Part shown: positions 43,819-54,694 of the stretch, in pieces | Layout: each line of letters starts with the position of its first letter | Position numbering within the stretch: position 1 is the stretch's first letter | Virus record (IMG/VR): IMGVR_UViG_3300024520_000050 | Location: 1-64,000 of that record | DNA length: 64,000 nt | Direction: 5' to 3' (one strand) | From: a virus | Notes under the pieces: generated by a model | Databases searched by the model: none | Seen by the model: the letters and a program-made list of their open reading frames with translations, nothing else | What the model was told of the DNA's origin: nothing | Translations under genes and position numbers: made by a program

Positions 43819-46284
43819 ATGTATAAAACCAAACAAGACTTAAAGAATATACAATTAGAATATGATAAAGGTGTTTTACTTCCAACAGCAAAAGAGAAGT
43901 TGATAATTAATCCTAAGATAGCATATGAGGTAACTAATATTGATGTTAAACAATCAATACCTGAACATGCTATATTAAAAAGGATTGAACCTGTATATGG
44001 TATAATCAGTGACTTCTCTAAAGAATATACTCCGGTAGATAATCTATTGTGGGACTATTTATATTTTACTGATTCTAAATTATTCGCACCTGCAGGAGAA
44101 GCATTCATGAAAAGTCTTAATGCTACTAAAGGTAAGACTGGGTTAAAACCAACATATACTAAACACTTACCCGGAACAACAGCATACAACAGATTCTGGG
44201 AAGAAGAGTTCCTTCGTATAACAAAAGGATATGAACCAGAAATAGATGGTAAACCTTGTGGTATTAAGATACCTGGTGAGTTTTATTTTTATCTGAATTA
44301 TGGTTGGATGCAAAAAGTAGAGTTCAATGATAAAGGAGAAGTAATAAGTGATAAGTCAGGTGTTCCTGATTTTCTATCGATGGATTATTACTTCTATAAA
44401 GAATTAGAAGCTAGAGAAAATCCTGCTAAATATAATCTACCTTTTGAATATAAACAATCTATGTCAATTACTAAGTCTCGTCGTAAAGGATTTAGTTATA
44501 AAGCAGGGTCAGGAGCAGTATGGTGTACAGCATTTAGAGACAAAGCAAAAGTCCTTATTGCGTCAGCTCAAGGAAAAGATGCTACCTTGTGCTTTCAGAA
44601 AGCAATGGATATTATTGATCATATAACATTATATACTCCTTTTGGTAGAAAGAATCCAGGACATCCAAGTTCTAATGGAGGTTGGAAGCATATGACAATG
44701 AGTCAAACTAAGGATCATGGCGAGTTTGTTTTCGGGTTAATTAATACTCGTACAAGAATGAAGAAAGGAAGACGTAGTGAAATAGTTACAGCGTCTTTAT
44801 TTAATAAACCAGATGCTGCTTCTGGTGAAGGTCTTACAAGACTATATATAGAGGAAGCAGGAAAGATATCTAATTTAGCTGATGCATGGGTATTCTCATT
44901 AGAATCAATGCGTGTAGGTTCTGTATATCGTTCAGGGATTGCAGTAATATTTGGAACTGGTGGATCTATGGTATCTGCTTCAGGGAAGAAAGGTTCATCG
45001 CAAGATTTTGCTAATATGAATGATAGACCTGAATCAGTAGGATTAGCTGCATTTAAAAACATATATGAATATAAACCTACACAACGTAAATGTGGTTTCT
45101 TTGTATCTGATATGTGGGCTAACTTTGGTTCTAAGATAACCATAGATGGTAAAGTGCATTATGGTTTAGATAAAAATGGTAATGCATGTTTTTGGGTTGC
45201 TGAATTAGCATTAAATAAAGAACGTGCAGGTAAACGACCACCATTAGGTAAGAAAAGAATATTTGATAAATTCCTTACACAACGTTGTAAAACCCCAGCA
45301 GAAGCATTTCTTATTACAACTGGTAGTCGATTTCAAACTGAAGATCTTGTTGAACGTAAGACTAAAATAGCTATATCACGAGGAGGATTTGAATCATTAC
45401 GGATGCCAGGTGAATTAGTAGACATAGATGGTCGAGTAGAGTTTATACCTAAACCTCATGAAGAACCATTATTAAATACATATAATGAAGCAGAAAGAGA
45501 AGGTTGCTTCTTAAGATATGAACCACCATTAAAATTAGGTGGATCAATACCAGATGATGCATATATTATTTCAGTGGATCCAATTGGTATTAATACAGAT
45601 ACAGGTGGATCATTGACGGCTATTATTGTATTTAAGACAAGAAAGTATGAATCATGGTTAGGTCCTGAAAAGATTGTAGGTATTTACTTTGGTCGTAAGA
45701 AACTTAATCCACAAGGATATGTACATAGATTATTACTTAAATTATCTAAATATTATAATGCTAAGATAACTATAGAGAATGATAGAGATGGTGGTATACC
45801 TCAATACTTTATTCGTAAAGGAGAAGCTGCTAGATTAATGGGACCTCCTATTACTACAATGGAGAAGATTATGCCAGGTAGTAAAACATCACGTAGACCG
45901 TATGGTCATTCAATGTCAACAGTTCGACATAAACAAATTGGAGAAGATTTATTATATGAATGGTTAGATTTACGTGGATCTAATATAACTTATTATGATG
46001 AAGAAGATGGTGAAAAGACTATTGAATCAGGATTACGTAATATAGATAGATTAGAAGATCAACTACTAATTGAACAATTAATTAAGTACGAACGTGGTGG
46101 TAACTACGATTTAGTTATGGCAATGATGGGAATTGTAGTTCAATTAAAAGAATGGTACGATCCAGAAGATACAGATCCATATGAAGAAAATAGTATATCA
46201 GATCAACTTAATAAATGGAAAGTAAAACGATTTGGCTCATATGAAGACAAATTAAAATATAACAAAAGAAAATTTAAACGATAA
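43819..46284 (+). CDS. terL: terminase large subunit
   Basis: Walker A KSRRKGFSY, Walker B YIEEAG, nuclease ISVDP, C-terminal NYDLVMA. Confidence 0.92.
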   Translation: MYKTKQDLKNIQLEYDKGVLLPTAKEKLIINPKIAYEVTNIDVKQSIPEHAILKRIEPVYGIISDFSKEYTPVDNLLWDYLYFTDSKLFAPAGEAFMKSLNATKGKTGLKPTYTKHLPGTTAYNRFWEEEFLRITKGYEPEIDGKPCGIKIPGEFYFYLNYGWMQKVEFNDKGEVISDKSGVPDFLSMDYYFYKELEARENPAKYNLPFEYKQSMSITKSRRKGFSYKAGSGAVWCTAFRDKAKVLIASAQGKDATLCFQKAMDIIDHITLYTPFGRKNPGHPSSNGGWKHMTMSQTKDHGEFVFGLINTRTRMKKGRRSEIVTASLFNKPDAASGEGLTRLYIEEAGKISNLADAWVFSLESMRVGSVYRSGIAVIFGTGGSMVSASGKKGSSQDFANMNDRPESVGLAAFKNIYEYKPTQRKCGFFVSDMWANFGSKITIDGKVHYGLDKNGNACFWVAELALNKERAGKRPPLGKKRIFDKFLTQRCKTPAEAFLITTGSRFQTEDLVERKTKIAISRGGFESLRMPGELVDIDGRVEFIPKPHEEPLLNTYNEAEREGCFLRYEPPLKLGGSIPDDAYIISVDPIGINTDTGGSLTAIIVFKTRKYESWLGPEKIVGIYFGRKKLNPQGYVHRLLLKLSKYYNAKITIENDRDGGIPQYFIRKGEAARLMGPPITTMEKIMPGSKTSRRPYGHSMSTVRHKQIGEDLLYEWLDLRGSNITYYDEEDGEKTIESGLRNIDRLEDQLLIEQLIKYERGGNYDLVMAMMGIVVQLKEWYDPEDTDPYEENSISDQLNKWKVKRFGSYEDKLKYNKRKFKR

Positions 46285-46295
46285 AATTATTATTA

Positions 46296-49028
46296 ATGAA
46301 ATACTTTTTAAATCAACGTATCTCTGCCAAGAAGAAGAATAAAGCATGGAGAGAGAAAATGGTTGATCATTACGTTGAACTATCTTATACTTGGTATGAT
46401 GATTGGGATAGAATTCAAGAGAATTATGCTCTTAAAAACAATCAACTAGATCGTAAAGAAATAGCAAGTATATGCAAAGGTCTTGGTTCGGAAGAACATG
46501 CTGATGTATTTATTAATGCATATAATAAGACACACAATGTTATTGATGCTTTGCAAGGAGAAGAATGGAATCGTCCGTTTTCATATGGTATTATTAATAA
46601 TTCCAAGCAAGCAATAGATAAGATTGATAGAGACAAAAGACGTGAAATAGATGAGTCTGCAGATGCAATCTTCCAATTAGAAATGCAACGTCAACAAGAA
46701 CTTTATGGAATAGAAGAAAAGAAATTAGGAGAAGGAGGAGACGAACAGCAAACTCAAAAAGCTATTCAAGAATTACAAGAACGATATGATAAATTATATG
46801 GAAATATTGTTGATCCTAAGACAATATTTGACAAGTATAAAAATATAACTACCGCAGAAGAAATAGCCATACATAGAATTATGACTATGCAAGCAGCCAA
46901 ACTTAACCTTAAGTTTGTAAAGAATCAAACCTTTGAAGATGCTATAATTGCAGGTAGAGAAGCTGTAGAAATTTACTCACTACACGAAGATGACTTACCT
47001 AGAGTAAAACAAATTAACCCATTAAATTTATTTTTTCAGAAATCTCCTGATGTAATGTGGATTCAAGATTCAGATTATGCAGGGTATCGTGAATTGATGA
47101 CTATAGATAAGGTACTAGAAGACTATGGTGAATTCCTCACCAAAGCTGAATTCAAAAAACTAACTGAAACAGGTGCTTATGGTGGTGCAGTAAAAGGACT
47201 TCATCATCCATTCACAGTTAAACCTGGACACAAACAACCTTCTGAAGATACAGAAGTACGTGGGTTTCGTGATATTCCTCGTGGTAGAAATGGATTAACT
47301 AGTGAAGATTATTTTGCATTAAGTGAAGAATATGGTGGACCGGACAATGGTTACATGAGTAGTGATTATGTTAGTCGTATAGGATTAAGTGCTACTAATA
47401 ATAGAATAAGTAATCTACGTGAATTTATTGATGTGTATACTATTTATTGGAAGTCACAACGTAAGATAGGACACTACAAATTTATCAATGATTACGGCGA
47501 ACAAGACGAAACATATGTCTCAGAGTCGTTCTCAATTCCTAAGCGCGCCACGAAAGAAACAATACCAGATGGTTATACTAAATCTAAAGTTATACATTAT
47601 TGGACAGATTCTAATGATGATACGCAAAAGTTCTCATTAGAATGGATCTGGGTGCCAGAAGTATGGAAGGGGGTTAGAATTGGTAAAGACATATATTGTC
47701 AGACAGCGCCAGTACAACATGCCTATCAATCATTATTAAATCCCTATGAAGTTAAATTACCCATTTATGGTTATGTATACAATAATAGAAATGCATACAG
47801 TGTTTCTATCATGGACAGAATGAAACCGTGGCAGAAGATTTATTATGTCATTATGGCTAGACTACTTAAATTAATTAGTCAAGATAGAGGTGTTCTTACT
47901 TTTATTAACATACATATGTTAGATAAGAATTTAGGATTTGAAGAAGCATTGCGAGTTGCAGACGATGGTGGTATTGTACCATATAATCCATTAAGTAATT
48001 CTAAAGGAGCTGGTGGTTTTGGTAATATGAATACTATGAAAGTAGCTGAACGCATTGATGCTACTAACTCTCAAGCTATTCAACATTATATCACTATATT
48101 AGAATTTATTGAGAATAGTATTAAACTAGCAGCAGGTATGTCAGATCAACGTATGGCTCAAACAAATGCTCGTATGACTGCTACAGATAACTATAGAGAT
48201 ACAATGCATTCAATTAATATTACAGAGACCTTACATGCCGCACATGATTTATTGTGGGAAGACGTGTTACAGGGAATGATGGAAATGACCCTAAAAGTTC
48301 TTAGTGAAAGTACGGGGAAGATACGAGGCTTTCTAAACGATGAAGAAAAAGTATTAGTGGATCTAGATATGTTAAGTTTGGAAGACAACTTCCGATTACG
48401 TGTAGCAGATAATTCTAAAGCGTTTAAAATACTTGAACAATCTAAACAACTTGCTCATGCACTTGTACAGAATGATAAAGCTAGTCTTGATACATTAATT
48501 GAATTAATGGAGACAGAAAACTTAAGTGAATTCAAACACTTAGTTAGAGAAGCTGAGGAGAAACATCAAGAACGTCAAGAGCAACAACAACAATCTCAAC
48601 AAGATCATGAGAAAGAGATGGCTGAAATGCAACGTAAACAGAATGAAGATAACCAAATTGCTAAATTAGATGAGATTTACTTAAAAGGTAAATTAGACTT
48701 TGAAAAAGAAGAAATGAAAGCTGATAAACAAGCTGCTTCATTTGATCCTGAAAAAGATTATAATAGAGATGGTATTGCTGATTACTTGCAACAAGATCAA
48801 TTGCAGCAGAAAATAGATAATGAATCTCGTAAAATAGATCTTGATGAGTTTAAAGCAGGAATGGAAGAACGTAAAAATGAACAAGATCAACAAATTAAAT
48901 TAGATGAATCTTTAAGACAAACTGAAAAGGACAACGCAGATCGAGAAGTTACATCTTCTGCAAATGCACAGAAAAGTAAACTAGAGGCCATGAAAATAAA
49001 GGCAATGAAAGATAAAAAGTCTACATAA
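46296..49028 (+). CDS. portal protein
   Basis: 910 aa after terL; FEDAIIAGRE, WVPEVWKG, SIMDRMKPWQ motifs and coiled-coil tail typical of crAss-like portals. Confidence 0.88.
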   Translation: MKYFLNQRISAKKKNKAWREKMVDHYVELSYTWYDDWDRIQENYALKNNQLDRKEIASICKGLGSEEHADVFINAYNKTHNVIDALQGEEWNRPFSYGIINNSKQAIDKIDRDKRREIDESADAIFQLEMQRQQELYGIEEKKLGEGGDEQQTQKAIQELQERYDKLYGNIVDPKTIFDKYKNITTAEEIAIHRIMTMQAAKLNLKFVKNQTFEDAIIAGREAVEIYSLHEDDLPRVKQINPLNLFFQKSPDVMWIQDSDYAGYRELMTIDKVLEDYGEFLTKAEFKKLTETGAYGGAVKGLHHPFTVKPGHKQPSEDTEVRGFRDIPRGRNGLTSEDYFALSEEYGGPDNGYMSSDYVSRIGLSATNNRISNLREFIDVYTIYWKSQRKIGHYKFINDYGEQDETYVSESFSIPKRATKETIPDGYTKSKVIHYWTDSNDDTQKFSLEWIWVPEVWKGVRIGKDIYCQTAPVQHAYQSLLNPYEVKLPIYGYVYNNRNAYSVSIMDRMKPWQKIYYVIMARLLKLISQDRGVLTFINIHMLDKNLGFEEALRVADDGGIVPYNPLSNSKGAGGFGNMNTMKVAERIDATNSQAIQHYITILEFIENSIKLAAGMSDQRMAQTNARMTATDNYRDTMHSINITETLHAAHDLLWEDVLQGMMEMTLKVLSESTGKIRGFLNDEEKVLVDLDMLSLEDNFRLRVADNSKAFKILEQSKQLAHALVQNDKASLDTLIELMETENLSEFKHLVREAEEKHQERQEQQQQSQQDHEKEMAEMQRKQNEDNQIAKLDEIYLKGKLDFEKEEMKADKQAASFDPEKDYNRDGIADYLQQDQLQQKIDNESRKIDLDEFKAGMEERKNEQDQQIKLDESLRQTEKDNADREVTSSANAQKSKLEAMKIKAMKDKKST

Positions 49029-49033
49029 TAAAT

Positions 49034-49053
49034 AACTAACTAACTAACTAACT
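49034..49053 (+). repeat. (AACT)5 leader of groEL
   Basis: Similar AACT-type tracts precede several late genes (39864, about 43120, about 43810, about 53595). Confidence 0.85.
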
Positions 49054-49062
49054 AAATAAATT

Positions 49063-50625
49063 ATGCATAAAACAACAAGTACAATATTAACTGGAGTTAA
49101 TCTTCTGGTTGATACTGTTAAACAAACACTAGGAACAAAAGGTCGTACTATTTTATTTAATGATGAGAACAATAGAACTCACATTACTAAAGATGGTGTG
49201 ACTGTTGCTCGTCATATCTTTTCAGAAGATGATTATGAGAATATGATAATTACTGTATTACGTGAAGCATCACTTAAGACTATGAAGTCAAGTGGAGACG
49301 GCACTACAACAACAATGATACTTGCTCAATATATTATTAATGAAGGACTTAAATTACTTGATGAAGGATTAAGTTTTTATGAAATGAGTCGTCAAGTTGA
49401 TGAAGCTGTCAAAGATGTAGTAGATTATATTAATAATACTTCAATTAAAATAGAAGATAATCAAGAATTACTTCGTGAAATTGCAGCTATTTCTTCTAAC
49501 GATGAAAAGCTTGGAGATTACATTTATTCAATCATAGAAGAGATTGGATTATATGGAGATATTGAAGTTAAAGAATCTCAATACTCTGAAACTCGTAAGA
49601 TTCAAACTAAAGGAATGAAGTTACATAAAGGTTGGATGGAGAACTTTATGATGAATGATCCACGTGAATTAAAATTTAAAGCAAATGATTGCCATATTCT
49701 TATTATTGATGATATCATTCAAGCTATTACTGATATTGATCAGTATATTAGACACCTTAATGGAAAACCGTTGGTAGTATTCTGTGATGAGGTTACAGAT
49801 ATTACATTATCCCAAATTCAAAAATGGATGAGTACTACAGGTTATCCTGCATGTTTCGTCCACAATGATGGACACGGAGAACGTAAACAAATATTAATGA
49901 ATGATCTTGCTGCATTAACATCAGCATATGTTATTTCTGCACAAGATCCATTTGATCCTGATAATTTAGGATTCACTGGACAGATACAAGTTGGTGAATG
50001 GCATACATCTATATTAGATGGTGAAAGTGATACGGATATGATTGAAGCTATTACATATGATATTCAAGAAATATTAAATGATGATGCAAATGATGATGAA
50101 ACATTAATTACTAATGTAGATCGTAAGTTTCATAAAAAACGCTTAGCTAATTTAACAGGTGGATTAGCAGTAATTCATGTGGGTGGACGTACACAAATGG
50201 AGATGAAAGAATTGAAGGATAGATTTGATGATGCTGTATTGGCTGTAGGAAGTGCTATTAAACAAGGAGTTAATGTTGGGGGTGGTTCTACTTATATTAA
50301 CTGTCAGAAGATACTAAATAAAAGATATAAGGAATCTAAAGGTAGAGGATATAAATTAATTATAGATTCACTTGATTCCCCATTCAAACAATTATTAACT
50401 AATGCTGATCTATCTAGTCAATTTGGATTTTATAAGAATCAACTTACTAAAGGTAAAGCATTAGATCTTCGTGATAATAAATTATATAACCTTGCAACAA
50501 CAAAATATACAGTGTATGATCCATCATCTGTATTGATTGATTCGTTAATTAATGCAACTGCTGTAGCAAAATCATTACTATCTATAAAAGATGTACTTTT
50601 TGATGGAAAGAAACTAGGCGGTTAG
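49063..50625 (+). CDS. groEL: phage chaperonin GroEL-like
   Basis: TLGTKG, ITKDGVTVA, GDGTTT, KDRFDDA, GGG, DP motifs; no GGM tail. Confidence 0.95.
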   Translation: MHKTTSTILTGVNLLVDTVKQTLGTKGRTILFNDENNRTHITKDGVTVARHIFSEDDYENMIITVLREASLKTMKSSGDGTTTTMILAQYIINEGLKLLDEGLSFYEMSRQVDEAVKDVVDYINNTSIKIEDNQELLREIAAISSNDEKLGDYIYSIIEEIGLYGDIEVKESQYSETRKIQTKGMKLHKGWMENFMMNDPRELKFKANDCHILIIDDIIQAITDIDQYIRHLNGKPLVVFCDEVTDITLSQIQKWMSTTGYPACFVHNDGHGERKQILMNDLAALTSAYVISAQDPFDPDNLGFTGQIQVGEWHTSILDGESDTDMIEAITYDIQEILNDDANDDETLITNVDRKFHKKRLANLTGGLAVIHVGGRTQMEMKELKDRFDDAVLAVGSAIKQGVNVGGGSTYINCQKILNKRYKESKGRGYKLIIDSLDSPFKQLLTNADLSSQFGFYKNQLTKGKALDLRDNKLYNLATTKYTVYDPSSVLIDSLINATAVAKSLLSIKDVLFDGKKLGG

Positions 50626-50700
50626 GCTTAGTATTAATGATTAAAGAACAATTATTTAAATAAAACAGATTATATTAACAACTAAATTATTAAATTACAA

Positions 50701-51912
50701 ATGAGTGATTATAACATTCCCGAAGCGGAATTAAACTTTAGTAGCTTTACTATTGATGATATTTCAAAAACAGTAAATGCTGCCCAGGCAGATGTTACAA
50801 AAGATAACACACCTGAAGAGGAAGAAGAAACAGTAGAAACGAATCAACCTATAAATGTTCTTACACAAGACGATATACGTACTGTCACTAAAAGTGAAGA
50901 AGATGAAACAATAGAAACAGAAGTTACACCAGAATCAGAAACTACTACTGAAAATGCAGAAGTAGAACCAGAAGGTAAAGCATCTTATGCAGATGAAGTA
51001 TATTCTGCAGCAATTCAATTAGCTAAAGAGAATGGTTTATTGAATATTCCAGAAGAAATGGAAGGTGAAATGACTGATGAAGTTTGGCAAGATCTTTTAC
51101 AAAAGAATGAAGTAGAACGTCAACAACGAACTATAAATAATATTCGCAATAATGCCAAAGATCCTAAAATTGTTGAACTCCTTGATTATGTTATGAACGG
51201 AGGTGGATGGTATGGATTTAATGAAATGCAAGATACTATTCAAGAAGAGATTGACATTACATCATTAGATGAAAGTAAAGAAGAAGATCAACGTTATTTA
51301 ATTGAGTTATATTTAAGTGATGGTTTGGATGCAACAAATCCAGCTCATATACGTAGATTACAAAATATCGATAACGAAGTTAATACTGCTTTTGATAGAC
51401 TTGAAAATGATGCATTATCCAAAGAAGCTAAAAATTATCTATTAGATAAAAATACAAAAGCTAAACAATATATTGCAGACCAACAACAATTACATCAAGC
51501 TCAACAACAAGAGGAAGTCAATCGTCAAGCAGCAGCTAGACAGAATTGGAATAATCAATTCAAAACTACTCTAAATGATCGTAACTGGTCACAGGATAAA
51601 AAGAATAATATTGTAAGTCAATTTGATATTGTTCAATTGGATAACGGAGCAGAGATGGAAATGTGGCAATATAAGTTTGATGCTATTTGGAGAGATCCTG
51701 CAGCAACTCAAATATTCATGGATTTCTTATCAGACTTTGATCCTAGCGCATTACAATTTAAAAAACAAGGACAAACTATTAATAAGCAAGTTACTTCAAC
51801 CATAAAGAACTTGATTAATAAAAAAGCTCAGACCAGCTCAAAAGGTCAACATGTTTCGAAACGTAGAGTCGCTGGAAAGCAATTACCAAAGATCGATCCA
51901 AACAACTTTTAA
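50701..51912 (+). CDS. acidic scaffold-like head protein
   Basis: E/T-rich N-terminus; lies between portal/groEL and MCP. Confidence 0.6.
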   Translation: MSDYNIPEAELNFSSFTIDDISKTVNAAQADVTKDNTPEEEEETVETNQPINVLTQDDIRTVTKSEEDETIETEVTPESETTTENAEVEPEGKASYADEVYSAAIQLAKENGLLNIPEEMEGEMTDEVWQDLLQKNEVERQQRTINNIRNNAKDPKIVELLDYVMNGGGWYGFNEMQDTIQEEIDITSLDESKEEDQRYLIELYLSDGLDATNPAHIRRLQNIDNEVNTAFDRLENDALSKEAKNYLLDKNTKAKQYIADQQQLHQAQQQEEVNRQAAARQNWNNQFKTTLNDRNWSQDKKNNIVSQFDIVQLDNGAEMEMWQYKFDAIWRDPAATQIFMDFLSDFDPSALQFKKQGQTINKQVTSTIKNLINKKAQTSSKGQHVSKRRVAGKQLPKIDPNNF

Positions 51913-51959
51913 AAAAATTTAATTTTTTATATTAACAATCAACAAAACATTTAAAACAA

Positions 51960-53561
51960 ATGTCAGTAAAAAACTTTGAGAATGCTAAAGCGATCCATAA
52001 TGGACAACTTCGTCCAACTGTATTAACAGATGGCCTTTTAGCAACTGGTGAGATTACTGGTCTACACTTAAGCCAAGCTTTCGGTAGTACTGAAAATCTT
52101 GCGACAATTAATATGGGTTATGCACAAATCTTTAGTGCAACTAACCGATATCACAGCAAGCCTATCCTTGGAATGACTGAGGCTAAAGGTAAAGTAAAAA
52201 CAATTAATCGTAGAGGTTTCCGTTGGGAACTATCTGGAGGTAACACACAAAAAGCTCGTATTACACGTGTTGTTTGTACTGATGCTCGTCCAGGTCTACA
52301 TTTACAAACTTTTGATATCGTAGTTGATAAGCCATGGTTTAACGTATCTGATATTATTATTCCTCAGAATAATAAACGTCAATGTCGTGTAAGTACTTTT
52401 GGTAACGGTCAATCACGTAGACATCATCAAGTAGGACCTAACGCTTATCGTTATACTATTCAATACATTACTAATAACGGTAATGAATTCTTACCCGCCA
52501 AGTATATCCAAGAAGGACAAGAATGGTGTAAAGTTTCTAGTGCTGTAGGTGATGAAGATAACATCGATGCTGGTGGATTCCAATTCTACTCAATCTTCGA
52601 AAGTGAAGGTCAAATCCAACAACATGCAATTAAGGTAGAAGTATCTGATAAAGCTGCTCGTCGTGCGAAACAAGCACAAAAAGATGGTAGTGATACAGAT
52701 GAATTCGGTAAATATCTTAAGATGTTATGGGTTAAGTATGAAGACAAAGTAACAGGTGAACCAATGCACCGTTTCATGGCTTTATTAGATGCAGAAGCAT
52801 ATAATGAGTTATACCAAAACGTTGAATGGACATTAATCTTCGGTAAGACATCTAATAACATGGTGACACCAGAAGGACATCAAATCTTAACTGCTTCAGG
52901 ATTACGTCAACAATTAGAATCAGGTTATACACTTGAGCATAATGGTACATTATCTTTAGAAGAATTAGAAGACTGGTTTGATTCAATTATGAAAGACAAA
53001 CTTTCAGAAGGTGAGCAAAAAATCGTTTTATCTGCCGGTCGTGAATTCCGTAAGATGTTCGATAAGATGATCAAAGTAGATGCTAGAGCATTTACAACTA
53101 TTGATACATTATTCCTTCGTAAAGGAGACAACTTCCGTCATATGGATTTTGGTTCTTACTTTGCATCTTATAAAGGTTTCACAGTTGATATTTCTGTAAT
53201 GGAAAATCCAGCTTACGATAATCAATACTACTGCCCACAAATGCACCCAGTGCGTACAGAGGTTTGTATCGATTCATGGAGAGCTGATATCTTGGACTTC
53301 GGATCAAGTAAACAACAAGGAACTGGAGGAGAAACAGATAATATCTGTATGATTCAAGAGTCATACTGTGACTACAATATCACTTACAACGGTAAATGGT
53401 ATGGAGCACATGATGGTAAATCAGGTCAACCAATCACAGATGGTGGTTTAGGACAAGGTGGTGGAGTCTCAGGATATTCTATCCTAAGAGAGAAATCAGC
53501 TGGACTTATGGTTGCTGATGTAACTCGTTGTGGATCAATCTTCTTATCTTTTGACGATTAA
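51960..53561 (+). CDS. major capsid protein
   Basis: 533 aa at the canonical position; FRWEL, AAIA-type head order as in crAss-like phages. Confidence 0.85.
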   Translation: MSVKNFENAKAIHNGQLRPTVLTDGLLATGEITGLHLSQAFGSTENLATINMGYAQIFSATNRYHSKPILGMTEAKGKVKTINRRGFRWELSGGNTQKARITRVVCTDARPGLHLQTFDIVVDKPWFNVSDIIIPQNNKRQCRVSTFGNGQSRRHHQVGPNAYRYTIQYITNNGNEFLPAKYIQEGQEWCKVSSAVGDEDNIDAGGFQFYSIFESEGQIQQHAIKVEVSDKAARRAKQAQKDGSDTDEFGKYLKMLWVKYEDKVTGEPMHRFMALLDAEAYNELYQNVEWTLIFGKTSNNMVTPEGHQILTASGLRQQLESGYTLEHNGTLSLEELEDWFDSIMKDKLSEGEQKIVLSAGREFRKMFDKMIKVDARAFTTIDTLFLRKGDNFRHMDFGSYFASYKGFTVDISVMENPAYDNQYYCPQMHPVRTEVCIDSWRADILDFGSSKQQGTGGETDNICMIQESYCDYNITYNGKWYGAHDGKSGQPITDGGLGQGGGVSGYSILREKSAGLMVADVTRCGSIFLSFDD

Positions 53562-53606
53562 TCAAAAGAAATAAATACATTTTTATAACTTATTAACTAA
53601 CTTAAA

Positions 53607-54692
53607 ATGACTACATATATTCAAAACGATACTAGAAAAATTAGAATCGAACCAAATCCTTTTAGAAGTCAAGGTAACAAATTTAAAATGAAGACTAGGA
53701 AACTCAGTGGCGGACAGCCAGTTGTAAACATACATGGTAAACCTGTGTATACGGATACAACTCCTGAAGCATTATATAGAGTTCCTGGTACGAGTAAAAG
53801 ATTAGCTGCCGCAAGATCAAGTACAAATTCTTTGAGAACTGGCTTAGATCATCTTGTAGATAATCCGTATAAAAACTTAACGACTTATACACAAGAATGG
53901 GAAACTATATTAAAGGGAAAAGACGAAGTTTTACTGCAACACCTATTAGAATATGAATGTGATTATGAAATTAATTTCTTAACACACCGTGTTCAACCAG
54001 GAGCAATTGAATCTGATAAGGTTGATAGAAAATTCTTTGAATCTGTTGAATCAAAACCGAGATTAGATGGAGGTGTGAGCTTCTTAAATATGTCTAATCC
54101 AATACATAGAGTAAATTATTATACTCTATTAGCTCACAAGGCCGTAGCTAATACTTATGAGGAACTTCTTGATGGAGGGAATCTAGATGCTGAATGGTAC
54201 ATCGTAGACGAACAAGCTAAACACGTACGTGAAAAGTCTAAATCTATGAGAGTTGTAGAAGCAGGAGCCGCATTGAAAGAATTATCAGATAGTAATTCTG
54301 ATGCAATGCTTCAAATGGCTAAAGCTTTAGAACTATCAGAAGCAACTGATCGTAATCTTACAGTCGATAGAGCATGGAATGCAATATATACTTATTATAA
54401 TAAAAGTGCATCAAATTTTGATCAATTCATAGTTGTTTATAAATTATGGAAAGATCCAAATAACGGTAGAGATAAATTCGTCGCAATGGCTGATTTATTC
54501 AATTACCAACACCAAGGGTTAGTAAGTTATAAAAATGGAAAATACACATGGTTTAAAACTATTCCAGGAGAACCTACACAAACTTTCATGTTTACTGGTA
54601 AAATGGCGTTCATTACTGAATTCCTATTAGCACCACAACAACAAGAGAATGTAGAATTTCTTCAGGATGAATATGAAAACAAAATTAAATAA
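53607..54692 (+). CDS. conserved protein following MCP (crAss gene 75-like)
   Basis: Synteny; LNMSNPIHRVNYY. Confidence 0.6.
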   Translation: MTTYIQNDTRKIRIEPNPFRSQGNKFKMKTRKLSGGQPVVNIHGKPVYTDTTPEALYRVPGTSKRLAAARSSTNSLRTGLDHLVDNPYKNLTTYTQEWETILKGKDEVLLQHLLEYECDYEINFLTHRVQPGAIESDKVDRKFFESVESKPRLDGGVSFLNMSNPIHRVNYYTLLAHKAVANTYEELLDGGNLDAEWYIVDEQAKHVREKSKSMRVVEAGAALKELSDSNSDAMLQMAKALELSEATDRNLTVDRAWNAIYTYYNKSASNFDQFIVVYKLWKDPNNGRDKFVAMADLFNYQHQGLVSYKNGKYTWFKTIPGEPTQTFMFTGKMAFITEFLLAPQQQENVEFLQDEYENKIK

Positions 54693-54694
54693 CA

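Noticed and set aside
43506-45143. Minus-strand ORFs 43506-43832 and 44715-45143
   Set aside because: Antisense shadows of terL and its upstream gene
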